Source: Isurus oxyrinchus
Taxonomy: Eukaryota
Assembly (NCBI GenBank): GCA_026770705.1
Contig: JANJGN010000026.1
Coordinates: forward strand, 28,210,001-28,274,000
Length of the DNA stretch: 64,000 nucleotides
Direction of reading: 5' to 3'
Numbering within the stretch: position 1 is the stretch's first letter; each line of letters starts with the position of its first letter. The notes below the pieces were generated by a model. That model was not told the DNA's origin, made no database searches, and saw nothing but the letters and a program-made list of their open reading frames with translations. Below, in pieces: positions 1-10,539 of this stretch. A program made the position numbers and the translations under genes.

Positions 1-999
1 TGTAATGACAGTGATTGAGAGGAAAATCTGAACATTGTCCCTATGCACGCGATTGCCGCCTGCTCCACAGTGGGTCAGCCCCACACTTTATACCGAATGT
101 TTAAAACCTGAACAATATTCTGGTGACGGTGAGTGAAACCCTCTCCTTCCGTCGGCACCTCCAGCATCACCGTCGTATAACGGCTCAGTGCCTGTCTGGC
201 CTCAATGGTTAAAGACCTGAGAGATTTACCTGTGAAGGTCAGTGAATGAGGTCCCAATGGTGAATAATTTCAGTGCCGTCTGCTCTCATTAGTTAAAAAT
301 TTGAAACATTGAACTGTGACAGGCGAATTATACCTCGTCTATAGATTAGCTCTGTGCCTGTCTGTATGCTTTGAGACACCTACACAAAGGAATATAAAGT
401 TGAAACTAAGAACAATGGGGGATACAGAGGGAGTTTGATAAAAGTGAGACTCAGAATGGTGCATATGCAGAGAAGCACTAATAGAGGGACATAGGTGAAG
501 ATGAGATTGTATATATTGAATGGGAGGGAGAGACGTCAACAGAACGAGATGTATAATGCTGAGGCTTGAGGACAGCCAGTGGTATAAAGAGAGAACAGCA
601 GAAGGATATTGATGCGGATATGTATTTATAAATATAAATGCATGGAAAGTTAACAGTTGATAGTTACTAATCTCCCAATGGAATGACTCTTGGTGCAGTG
701 AACTGCGGTAAAAAGATCATCACTGCTCTGTATAATACAAATGCACAAGCGATACTAACACTGACTGAAGTTCTGGGGCGAACACAGTCTCTAGAATCCT
801 CAGTGACACCAGGAGGCTTGCGAATTGGAGAAACCTGGGGATTTTAATAAGGAAAATGGGGATGACGCTGGAAGAAACAATGGGAAACACAGGCAAAAAT
901 TAACAAACAGTTAACGATAAAAACCAGCAAGTTAAAACAAATAAACTCGTGGTATAGGAATCTGAGCAACTTTGTTGTACAGTTGAGTGACGGCCATCT

Positions 1000-2030
1000 C
1001 AATGCATGATCTCAGTGCCTGGTTGTACACAGTTATTCAAGAATTAAGCAATACTCATTTATTAGTGCACTGTATAATCCCTCTGTTTATATTAAACCAG
1101 AGCTCGCCTCATTTATTACTGTGCTGAACTGTTACACTAGATGATGTCTTAGCTATTATTGCATTAGATGTGCCTCCAGTTATATTTTTGTTACTTCTGA
1201 CCACAATAATTTTAATGCTTATGTTAATTTCTCACCAGGCACTGTTTCAGTTGAACTACACGAGGCCACATCTCACTTTATAATGCATATGTCCCTTTTT
1301 TCAGTTATTTGCAATAGAATGCATCTCTGTCTCTGTTGTCCTAGGCCATATCTCAGTTATTATCGCAATAGGTAATCTCCGTTAGTGTTAGGCAACATCC
1401 CCTCTCAGTATTACACGAGACCATGGCACTCTTTATATTACAATAACCTGTGTATCTGTTTACCGTATCTTATTTATTGCGGCATTAGACGTGTTTCTGC
1501 TTGCATTACGCTAGATCCTGCCTGAATTACAACTGCACGAGACTCTGTCTCGGTTTACATTACACTGGACTATTTCTATGGTATACTGCATTAAAACATG
1601 ACATTACACTAGGCCACGCCTTTGCTGATACTGCACTATGACAATACTCACATTATACTAAAATACCAAATGGTCCTATGTACATTACATTAGGCCATGT
1701 CTTTGTTCATATTATCGGGAGGCTTGTCTGAATTATTATCACATTACCCTTGGCCCTGTTTATATTTCAGTAGGCCCTATCATTGTTATTACTCTTCCAA
1801 ATCAAGCTCCTGTTTACATTACACTAGACCCATTTCTAATTGTTTTACTCCAGGCCTTGTTTCAGTTAATACTGAACTAGACTCTGTCTCTATTTATATT
1901 ACACCAGGCCATGTCTTAGTTAACGCCATTCTAGGTCACATCCCTATTTGTATTAAATAAGTTTATTGGCAGGACGTATTTATTTGTTTATCTTAACAGT
2001 GATTTACACTAATTATTATTCTCAAAGCAA
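1000..2030. repeat. Degenerate ~27-bp AT-rich satellite (approx. ATTACACTAGACCCTGTCTCTGTTTAT)
   Basis: Recurring attacactag/ctctgtttat motifs. Reverse-oriented copies at ~12660-13450, 14900-15030, 16830-16960, 17330-17520, 25230-25600. Confidence 0.6.
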
Positions 2031-2599
2031 CATTTTTAGCGCGTTGAAAAAGCTGACAGGAATTGGGCGGACGTGCGGAAAGGCTGGTGACTTTATCCAC
2101 TGCAACTCAAATCATCGGCCATGTTTGTGTGATGTTCTACCGGTCATGTTTGTGTGACTTGCTGTGGCTATTAATTTCCCTTTCGTCCTTTACTGGCCTT
2201 TCCGCCCCTGCCCTCAATGTTGAGCAGCATTTTCCCGAACTCCGCTGTCAGTTTTGTGAAGCCTTTGACCTCGGCCTTGTCACGGGGTTTATTTGATCGA
2301 GTGTTGCTGTCGCTGGGTAAGAGATAATTATACATCATAAACAGATTTCAAAACAGAAGCTAATAGCTGTGATCTTTAAAGAAAGCCGCAAGAACACAGC
2401 CTATTGCCCTGCCGAGCGCCGTTTCATCCTGTATTACTGCAAAGGGAAGTCCTGAATATTCCCAACCTGGAAATCAAACATGACTGAAATGAAACATAAT
2501 TTTACATGTAACCCACCGGAGGAGTGGTGCAGGAAGCATTTGGTTAAATGACAGGGAGAGTTTGTCCTTTGTATTCTGACCCGTGTGCTCTGGGCGAGG

Positions 2600-2790
2600 G
2601 CAGCTCCTTAGCTCATTTTCTGCAGTTGTGTCGTTTTGAGAAGTTTTCTTGGTAACTTTGTCGTGGTTGACCATTGCCTTCCACTCGCAGGAGCAGGACC
2701 CAAGTCAGCCTCAGCCAGAACGCCGACAGAAACCATGCGATTGGCATTATTCCGAACCAGAACTAGCCACCTAGCCAACTGATCTAACCA
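2600..2790 (-). mobile_element. tRNA-derived SINE fragment
   Basis: Minus strand begins GGTTAGATCAGTTGGCTAGG, an A-box-like tRNA head. Confidence 0.4.
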
Positions 2791-3418
2791 GCTGCTACTT
2801 CGCCTTTGTGCATGTTGTGTAACATCTGCCAGGATATTGGTAATGTCACTGGGCTACTTCAAACTGTAACTTGTCCCCAGTTGGTGGGTCCGGGAAGATG
2901 CCGGGTCTGAGGCACCGGCCTTCAGATCAGAAGTCTAACTGGGGTCCCGCCAGCCAGTTCAGGGCGATGTTAAACAATCTCCAGAATATTGGAATAAGAC
3001 CTGGGCGGGAGGTTCTCCTGGCCCCCTGGGCCCACATTCCACCTTTAACAAACATCACCCAATACAAACACATGCACCGACCGCGCAGTTCATTACTGTG
3101 GGGAAAGGAAGGCGGCAGCACAACTGGCAGAAAGAAAAGGTCCCCTCCCCCACCCCTGTAGACCAGAGTATTGTGGGAGGGGCTTTCACATCCGGATCAC
3201 AATCCAAATGTAGAGTAAGAAAATTGCAGCCTCCTTTTATAAACATGTCTCTTATTCACACAACACTTAGCTAGCGACCCGGGGACCCTGCGATAAATCA
3301 ATAATCTCAGTGAAACTGCCCTGTGCAAATCAACTCGATCCCCCTAAAATATTTCAGTCCAGCTCTGAGGTCCGGTCTCCCAGTGCTGTCCAGGGCCGCA
3401 GTCTCCAACCCCCCGTCA

Positions 3419-3424
3419 TATAAA
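3419..3424 (+). promoter_or_regulatory. TATA box of NAR-TCR V promoter
   Basis: TATAAA 30 nt upstream of the leader ATG (3449). An octamer-like GTGCAAAT lies at 3323-3330. Confidence 0.55.
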
Positions 3425-3448
3425 CCATCAGCTCCAGGCAGCAGAACG

Positions 3449-3928
3449 ATGGGAATCCTTCTTGTTTTCACCCTGTGTGTCTGTTTACCGCGTGAGTACC
3501 GGTCAAACAAACCGACATTGTGTGGATTTAATATAAAGTTGCCCGAGTCCATCCCAATTACAGACATTGTCTGGGGTTTAACCCCGTTCTGTGGTTCGGC
3601 TCCGATGGTCTATTAAACTCTTTCCGTTTAATTTCCAGGCTCTTTGAGTCAGTCAGTGACACAGACCCCGGCAGCGGTGACCAGGAAGGAGTGTCAGTCT
3701 CTCACCATCACCTGTGTATTATATCGTGGATTCTATGTTGTTGGCTTGAAGGACGGACATTTCTACAAACAAACCCAAACCGGGACAGAGTGGGAGCGGA
3801 TCTCCAGCGGGGGGAGATTTGTTGTGTCGGTGAATAAACCAGAAAAGACATTTTCGCTGGAAATTCGGGACGTGAGAGTTGAAGACACCGCCACCTATTA
3901 CTGTAAAGCTCAGTACTGGTACAAAACA
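3449..3928 (+). CDS. NAR-TCR V segment (IgNAR-like V of the doubly rearranging TCR delta); leader exon 3449-3491, V exon 3639-3928
   Basis: Leader MGILLVFTLCVCLP, GT donor at 3492, TTTCCAG acceptor, phase 1. V reads SQSVTQTPAAVTRKECQSLTITCVL...FYKQ...ERISSGGRFVVSVNKPEKTFSLEIRDVRVEDTATYYCKAQYWYK. It has the IgNAR-like shortened FR2/CDR2 (ERISSGGRF) and an extra FR1 Cys (3692-3694), and is followed by an RSS. Confidence 0.93.
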
Positions 3929-3966
3929 CACAGTGATGGGTCTCGGCTTCCCGCGATACAAAAACT
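3929..3966 (+). other. RSS of NAR-TCR V (22-nt spacer, 23-class)
   Basis: CACAGTG 3929-3935, 22 nt, ACAAAAACT 3958-3966. Confidence 0.95.
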
Positions 3967-4271
3967 CTCACTGAAGATTATCACAGAAACAAATGAAAAA
4001 GCGGAGTTAATCTGCAGTTAAACCCCCACAGTTCAGCCTCACACCATCTGCCCCACAGTCTAGGTTATAATGAGTGGATTATTGCCGTTAATATCTTGAG
4101 TTTGAGAACTGCCAAGTGTGTGCGGATGGTGATGTTTTTCCGGCGATTGGGAATGACCGATCCCAGTTACAAATCCCTAACACCAGATGTGAACCTGGTG
4201 TAACAGCTGGAACCGGAAAACGCAGTTCCCGCTGTTTAACTAATGTCCCCACATCTCACGAAGTATCCGAG

Positions 4272-4345
4272 GGATTTTTTACTGACTTACAGCACTGTGC
4301 ATGGGGTATGGGGAAGGCACAGTGGGAGAGACCTGAACAAATACT
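4272..4345 (+). other. NAR-TCR D segment (coding 4300-4317) flanked by 12-RSS on both sides
   Basis: GGATTTTTT-12-CACTGTG | CATGGGGTATGGGGAAGG | CACAGTG-12-ACAAATACT. All three frames are open (HGVWGR, MGYGE, WGMGK). Confidence 0.93.
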
Positions 4346-4660
4346 TCTGTACGACCACAATATAAATTCTCTGGGCCCGGATAGTGAATTGTCGGGTTGA
4401 TGTAATGTTCGCTGTAATCTGGTTACATTTCATTGTAATTTCCACCATTCAGTTATCTCTCTTTGCCATTTTTCTCGGTTTATATGAAGCGAATATCTCG
4501 TTCCCGGGACCATTTACTCAGAGCTCAGGGCCTCATAAGGAATAGTTTGAACCGACAGAGACTTTGAAACATTGAATATTGTTTATTTATTTAAACCCGC
4601 TGAATAATTGGGCAGTTCCTACTGTCTGATGATCATCTCCTGCCAGGTTGAGGTGTCGGT

Positions 4661-4763
4661 GGTTGTTGTACCGGGGAGACTGAGAGCGGTGTCACTGTGG
4701 GGAGTTATAAAGATGATTATGCGGATGGATCCGGGACGGTGGTGACTGTCACAGCCGGTAAGT
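4661..4763 (+). other. NAR-TCR J segment (coding 4700-4757) with 5' 23-RSS and splice donor
   Basis: GGTTGTTGT-23-CACTGTG, then GSYKDDYADGSGTVVTVTA (xGxGT J motif), then phase-1 donor GTAAGT at 4758. Confidence 0.93.
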
Positions 4764-5394
4764 GACTCCAAACCCCGCCGGGTTACAGCCTGTCCCGGGT
4801 AATGTTCCCCATCAGTTTATTATTGTTATCAGTGGAGCTTGGGTGGGATGTGGGAGTTGATGGAATCTGGACCATTATTGAGCTAACGGACACATCGGGG
4901 ACAATATCAACATCACGGACTCTCACACTCTGAATCGCTTTTAATGAGCGCAGATTGTCGAAAATTTGGACTCCACTCCTGGTGTTAACTGTGACCGAGG
5001 GAGCTCTGTCTGTCACTTAGATCCCGGGAGCGGGGTCACAGAGCTCTCTCCTGGGCAGCAGATTGCAGTCCGAGCCGCGCAATATGAATGAGGTACCGGT
5101 TGAATAAACTCAACACAACTGAGGCCAGTTCGGGTACCTGCAGCGACTCGTTCAATACACGACTTGGGAGAAAAACGGGAGAGTGACATAACGGACTTCA
5201 GATATAAGAGATCCGGATGTGGGTCCAGATGGAATTTTATTGTTGGACAATCAGTGACTAAAATTAGTGACATTGTCCACGCCATTTCTTTCAAACGTCT
5301 TCATAGAACCAATCAGTTTCCTCCTTTTCCGCCCTCAGACCGAAATGTGAAAGTTTGGAACTGCAGACACTTCTCTATATTGAATGTAGATGTT

Positions 5395-6290
5395 TGAGAG
5401 AGAGATTGAGTTGTCTTGGTCTATAATTCCTAGAGTTTAGAAGAATGAGAGGTGATCTCATGAAAACATATAATATTCAGAAGGGCCTTGACAGGGCAGA
5501 TTCTGGGTCGGAGTTTCCCCAGACTGAGGAATATAGAACTCGGGGTAACAGCTTCAGAATAAAGGGTCATCCATTAGAACTGAGAAGGAAAAAATTATCA
5601 TCAATAGAACCATTGTTGTGAATCTGTGGCATTCTGTATCTCAGAGAGCGGTAGGTGTTCATAATCCATGTGCATTCAAAACAATATTTGACAGGTTTTC
5701 GGATATTAAAAGGATTAGGGATATGGGGAGAGTGCGGGAATGTGACGTTGATGTTGTAAATCAGCCAGGATATTACTGAATGGCCTGAGCAGGTTTGAAA
5801 GGTGATCTGGCGGCTCCTATTTCTATTGATCGGATTCTCTGATGTGATTTCTTACACTCCTGAGGAAAGAAATCAGCAGAAGTCCACATCCCTCTGGGAA
5901 GATTGAACAGGCTGGGTCTCTTTTTCTGGAAAACAGAACCACAAGGAGAATTCATAGATGTCTTTTCAATAATGAACGGTTTTAGTCTGGACAAATTGAG
6001 TCCAAAGCAATAGCCGTCCCCTTATGACTAACAGAACAAATAAAACATTTAAGACAAATGAATTGAAACAAAGGCAGGTTAGAATGTGGAACTTGCTGCC
6101 ACGGGGAATGGTTGGAGATAGTGTTGATATATTTATAGGAACACATGAAAATACAGGAGGGAGAACGGAACAGGGCAACACAGGGAGCTGGATGTCAATG
6201 GTCAATTAGATTTCGGGTGGGTTCAGGCTGGAATTGATGCTATACACAGGCTGAATGGCCCATTCCTCTTCTGCATTCTTCTTCCTGGAA
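5395..6290 (+). mobile_element. CR1 LINE 3' fragments
   Basis: TTTAGAAGAATGAGAGGTGATCT...GAATGGCCT...CTCCT 3'-end motifs also seen in the long CR1 copy at 42.4-46.8 kb. Confidence 0.75.
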
Positions 6291-6879
6291 AATGTAAAAT
6301 TGAGGGAAAACTCCACCCAGTGAATCTAGGAGAGAATCAGTCAATGAGCAGAAAGAATTGAAATTGTCAGAGAGCCAGAAGAGACAGTTCCCAGTGAGTA
6401 ACAGTAAAACCACAGCGGAAACTGAACAGACTGAACCCAACCAACAACTGAGAGACTTTGGGGCAAGTTCCCACGATTGCAAAAAGCGCAAACAGCACAA
6501 AGAAAATGTGAAATAAAGGGAATGTGAAATTAAAGAAATAAGATTAAATTAATTGTACATATTTGAAATTAAGCTGAACTAGAGAAAATAGGACCCTATT
6601 GATAGAACATCGAGAAATATAGCAAAAGGCAGAGAGAAATTCCCGAGTAGTTTTAAACCGCAGTAAATGATTGACCTTTGACCACTGGTGCTCACTCTCG
6701 GTTTTGCCCAATCGGTGCTGATGATTCCTATCAGTTTGTGTTGGATCTTGCTGTGCACAGTCATGCCACACAGTTGTGTTTCTCTCCAACAAACATGTGT
6801 TTTTTTGGAAACTGGTTTCCTCGCTGAACAGAAAATGCTCCTTCGGGTTTGTGTCTCACCAAGGAAAATAGAAACGGGA

Positions 6880-7140
6880 ATGTAATATAATTCATAGAAT
6901 TATCCAGGACGGAATGATAACATTCGGCTCCTCATGTAGGCGCTGACTCTTTAAAAGTGCAATCCAATTGTTCCCACTGCCCATGAATTTTCTCCATAGC
7001 TCTGTATTTGTATTTACATTTCCAGCACAGATCCATTACCCGTTTGAAAGTTACTATGGAATTTGTTCCCAACATGAATTCAGACAGTGCAGTCCTATTT
7101 GGAAGAGTTCGCCATGTAAAATAAGATATCACCTCATTCC
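6880..7140 (-). mobile_element. CR1 LINE 3' fragment
   Basis: Reverse-complement CR1 3'-end pattern (catagaat...cattcggc). Confidence 0.55.
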
Positions 7141-7297
7141 CCAATTGATCTTATTTGCATAAGAGTGAACACGGTTCAAACAGGCTTCCAGCAAATAAAA
7201 TTACTGCAAAACGCAGAGCTATTCACGCGGTTGACATATTCACCTGGACAAACAGTGCTTAAATAAGAATAAAATGTTCATTTTTTTTATCCTCCAG

Positions 7298-7603
7298 ATT
7301 CCAGTTCCATAATTTCCCGGAATGCGCCTGTACAAATCTCTCCTGCTGGTGACACCGTTACGTTAAGCTGTGAATATTCAGGGTTCTGTCAATACACAGT
7401 ACACTGGTACCGTCAGTCCCCAAGACAGGCTCCGGAATATCTGCTTCAGATGCACACTTCAGGAGAGGAGAATAAAGAAAACGCTGCCGGGGGCAGAATT
7501 TCTGCTTCTATTGATCCTGCCGAGAAAATCAGCCGACTAAATTTCACCAAACTACAACTGAGAGACTCCGCTGTATATTTCTGTGCACTGAGTCGGCGCA
7601 TAG
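7298..7603 (+). CDS. Leaderless NAR-TCR-supporting TCR delta V segment
   Basis: Polypyrimidine-CAG acceptor at 7296-7297, in phase with the J donor. Reads DSSSIISRNAPVQISPAGDTVTLSCEYSGFCQYTVHWYRQSPRQAPEYLLQMHTSGEENKENAAGGRISASIDPAEKISRLNFTKLQLRDSAVYFCALSRRI, with an extra CDR1 Cys (7387-7389). Consensus 23-RSS at 7604-7642. Missed by the ORF track because it has no ATG. Confidence 0.93.
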
Positions 7604-7877
7604 CACAGTGAGACAGAACACGGAGAGAGCTGTACAAAAACCTGAACAAGGTGGGATTACAGACACACAGCAATACAGAGCACGGGGAGAGCTGTACAAA
7701 AACCTCAACTTGGTGGGATTACAGACACACAGTGATACAGAGCGCGGAGAATACTGTACAAAAACCTCAACATGGTGGGATTACAGACACACAGTGATAC
7801 AGAGCACGGTGAGAGCTGTACAAAATCCTGAATATGGTGGGATTACAGACACACAGTGATACAGAGCACGGAGAGAG
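7604..7877 (+). repeat. Tandem array of 23-RSSs, 62-bp unit, 4 full copies plus a partial fifth
   Basis: Heptamers at 7604, 7666, 7728, 7790, 7852 (CACAGTG, CACAGCA, CACAGTG, CACAGTG, CACAGTG). Nonamers at 7634, 7696, 7758 (ACAAAAACC) and 7820 (ACAAAATCC). Every spacer is 23 nt and every linker is 23 nt. Confidence 0.95.
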
Positions 7878-10235
7878 ACATCATCCTGAATGAGACACAG
7901 CCAGAGTGCATGTGGGTATTGGCAATTTGGTGCATAGTGGGAACTGAACTGGTAAGTCTTTGTCTTTAATTTCTCTTTATGTTTTATAACTACAGTAGTC
8001 TAGTTACAAGGTTGGTAAGGGAGCTGATTCTACTGACTCTGTGACAGTTAACTGTCAGTCACCTGAAGCCTGATTAGAGCCTTAATAGGTGTTGATAACA
8101 ATTTGAAGCTTAACTAGTGTGAATCATCTCAGCTCACTTCAGTTCTAATGAAGAAAGGGACTATCTAGAAACACATTACAGTGTGCATGCACAAGAACAG
8201 GGGAGAGACCTCATCCTGAGGGAGATACAGCCAGAGTGAGTGTGGATATTGGCACAGTGGGAAGTTGGCGCAGAGGGGAAGAGGTGCTCTTTGCATTTTA
8301 TCTTTGCTATCCAAATTCTTAAATCTTCAGAGTGTGGCCTTGCCCTGCTGCAGCAGTAGAGACTACAAGGGAAAGGAATGGCTGGTAAGTAGTGGGTAAC
8401 GTCGGGTAAGTATTTACTACTTTTATCGATTATAGTTTAACGTCTTTTTGTGGTTTGTAGTTTGTATATTCTGTAGTACCAAGGATCAGGAAAGAAGGGC
8501 CCTAAGAGGTTTAATTTAAAGGGATATAACATGGCAGGAGAGCGCAAATCCGTGATGTGCTCCTTGTTCTCCATGTGGGAAGCCGGGAACATTTCCAGTG
8601 CCCAGGACCAGCATGTTTGCAGGAAGTGTGTCAGCTGCAGCTCCTGGAAGTTCGGGTTTCAGAGCTGGGACGGCGGCTGGGGACACTGTGGAGCATCCAC
8701 GAGTCTGAGAGTATCATGAATAGCATGGTTAGAGAGGCGGTCACACCGCAGCTGAAGGGACTTGAGGAAGGAAGGCAATGGGTGACCACCAGGCAGTCCA
8801 AGAGAAACAGGCAGGTAGTTCAGGAGTCCCTTGGGGTGCTGCTTGCAAATCGGTGTTCCATTTTGGAAGCTGATGAGGGTGCTGTTTCCTCCAGGGAGTG
8901 CAGACAGAGCCAAGCTTCTGGCACCACAAGAAGCCTGTCTATGCAGGGGGCAGGGAGGAAGGGAGGAAGAGCAATAGTAATAATGGGTTCTATAGTCAGG
9001 GGAACAGATAGGTGCTACTGTGACCATCACCATAACTCCAGGATGGTATGTTGCCTCCCTAATGCCAGGGTCCGGGATGTCACTGAACGGCTGCAGGTCT
9101 TCCTGAAAGAGGAGAGTGATAAGGCAGAGGTCATAGTGCATGTTGGTACCAATGAGATAGGTAGAAAGAGCGATGATGTCTTGCATCAAGAATTCAGGGA
9201 GTTAGGCAGTAGACTAAAAAGCAGGACGTCATGGGTTTTAATCTCTGGATTACTCCCGCTGCCATGTGCTAGTGAGCTCAGAAAGAGGAGAATAGTGCAG
9301 ATGAATATCTGTCTTAAGAGTTGGTGCAGGAGGGAAGATTTTAGATCCCTGGATCACTGGAAACGTTTCTGGGGAAGGTGGGACCTATACAAGCGGGACG
9401 GTCTACATCTGAACCACAGCGGGACTAACATCCTTGCGGGTGGGTTTGCCAGTGCTGTTGGGAGGAGTTTAAACTAATTCGGCTGGGAGAGAGGACACAC
9501 AATGTTAGAAGAATAGGAACGCATCATAACACAGTAAAACAATCAAGTCAGAGGGAGAACAGGTGCATTAAGCTTCAATGGAGTAAGGCAAGGCTGGATG
9601 GCCTCTACTTTAATGCCAGGAGTGTTACAGGTAAAACGGATGAGTTAAGGGTGAGGATGGACATGTGGAATAGTGATATCGTGGCCATCACTGAGACGTG
9701 GTTGAGAGAGAGGCAGTATTGGCAGCTCAGCATTCCGGGATGTCGAATCTTCAGGTGAGACAGGGAAGGGGGTAAGGCTGTAAGGAGAGATGATATCTTG
9801 GAGTGGGCATCGAATGAAGCTTTGTGGGTAAAAAAGGAAATAAAAAAGGTGAATAAAGAAAGGGAATCCACATTGTTAGTTGTTTATTATAGACTCCCAG
9901 ATAGTAAGCGGGATATTGAAGAGCAAATATGTGCGCAATTTGCGGAGGTGTGTAAAAACAATAACAACAGGGTAATTATATTAGGTGATTTCAACTTTCT
10001 CAACATTAGTTGAGATAGACATAGTGTTAAGGGCTTGGATGGAGTGGATTTCATGAAATGTGTACAGCTTTTTAGGACAATATGTAGAGGGTCCAACAGG
10101 GACGGCGCATTGCTGGACCTAATTCTGGGGAATGAAGCCGGACAGGTGGCTGAGGTGTTGGTGGGGGAGCATTTTAGTGATCGTGACCACAACATGGCAC
10201 AATTTAAGCCTGTTATGGACAAAGAAATAGAAATA
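7872..10235 (+). mobile_element. CR1 LINE 5' half (5'UTR, ORF1, start of ORF2 endonuclease), degenerate and 3'-truncated
   Basis: ORF1 has a Cys-rich N terminus and an SGNH-esterase domain (GSIVRGTDR, VIVHVGTNEIG, DGLHLN; 8531-9477, frameshifted). APE motifs FNARS, AITETWL, GDFN, LLDLILGNE, DHN follow with stops. Homologous to 42812-44699. Confidence 0.9.
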
Positions 10236-10539
10236 GTGTCGGGTTGGTCGCTTACGAGAGTGACTCTCATAAAGAGATGTGCTCCCCCTCACTTCCCTCC
10301 ACTCGGAGCGGAAGAAGCTGATGGTCTTCAGACAACTGAACGGTTCAGACGTGAACCACGGGGGAAATGAGCAGAGGACTAACAACCCGCCTCCTTATAT
10401 CCGATGAACAATATCAATTTCCAGCCAATTAGGAGCGGGAAAAATAAACACGTGACGGAGATATTGGATATTTATCAATGACTTTAATCAGCCAACATTT
10501 TAATCTCTTCACACGATTCGTTTTTTTCCGCTGTGAGCT

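Noticed and set aside
66-108. CACAGTG...TTTAAAACC as an RSS
   Set aside because: 27-nt spacing and no V coding sequence upstream.
4020-4080. Second NAR-TCR D segment (CACAGTT, CACAGTC)
   Set aside because: No nonamer at 12 or 23 nt and no 5' RSS.
7608-7859. 83-aa ORF over the RSS array as a V extension
   Set aside because: It is in a different frame from the V, which stops at TGA 7609-7611. Product of repeat periodicity.
7604-7877. CRISPR-like array, or bidirectional RSS (the linker is also 23 nt and the heptamer is near-palindromic)
   Set aside because: Eukaryotic DNA with no unique spacers or cas genes. On the reverse strand the nonamer would read GGTTTTTGT, the wrong orientation.
8659-10385. 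Antisense and alternate-frame ORFs over CR1 and Penelope elements (also 18725-20805, 42973-46778)
   Set aside because: Shadow frames of transposon coding sequence.
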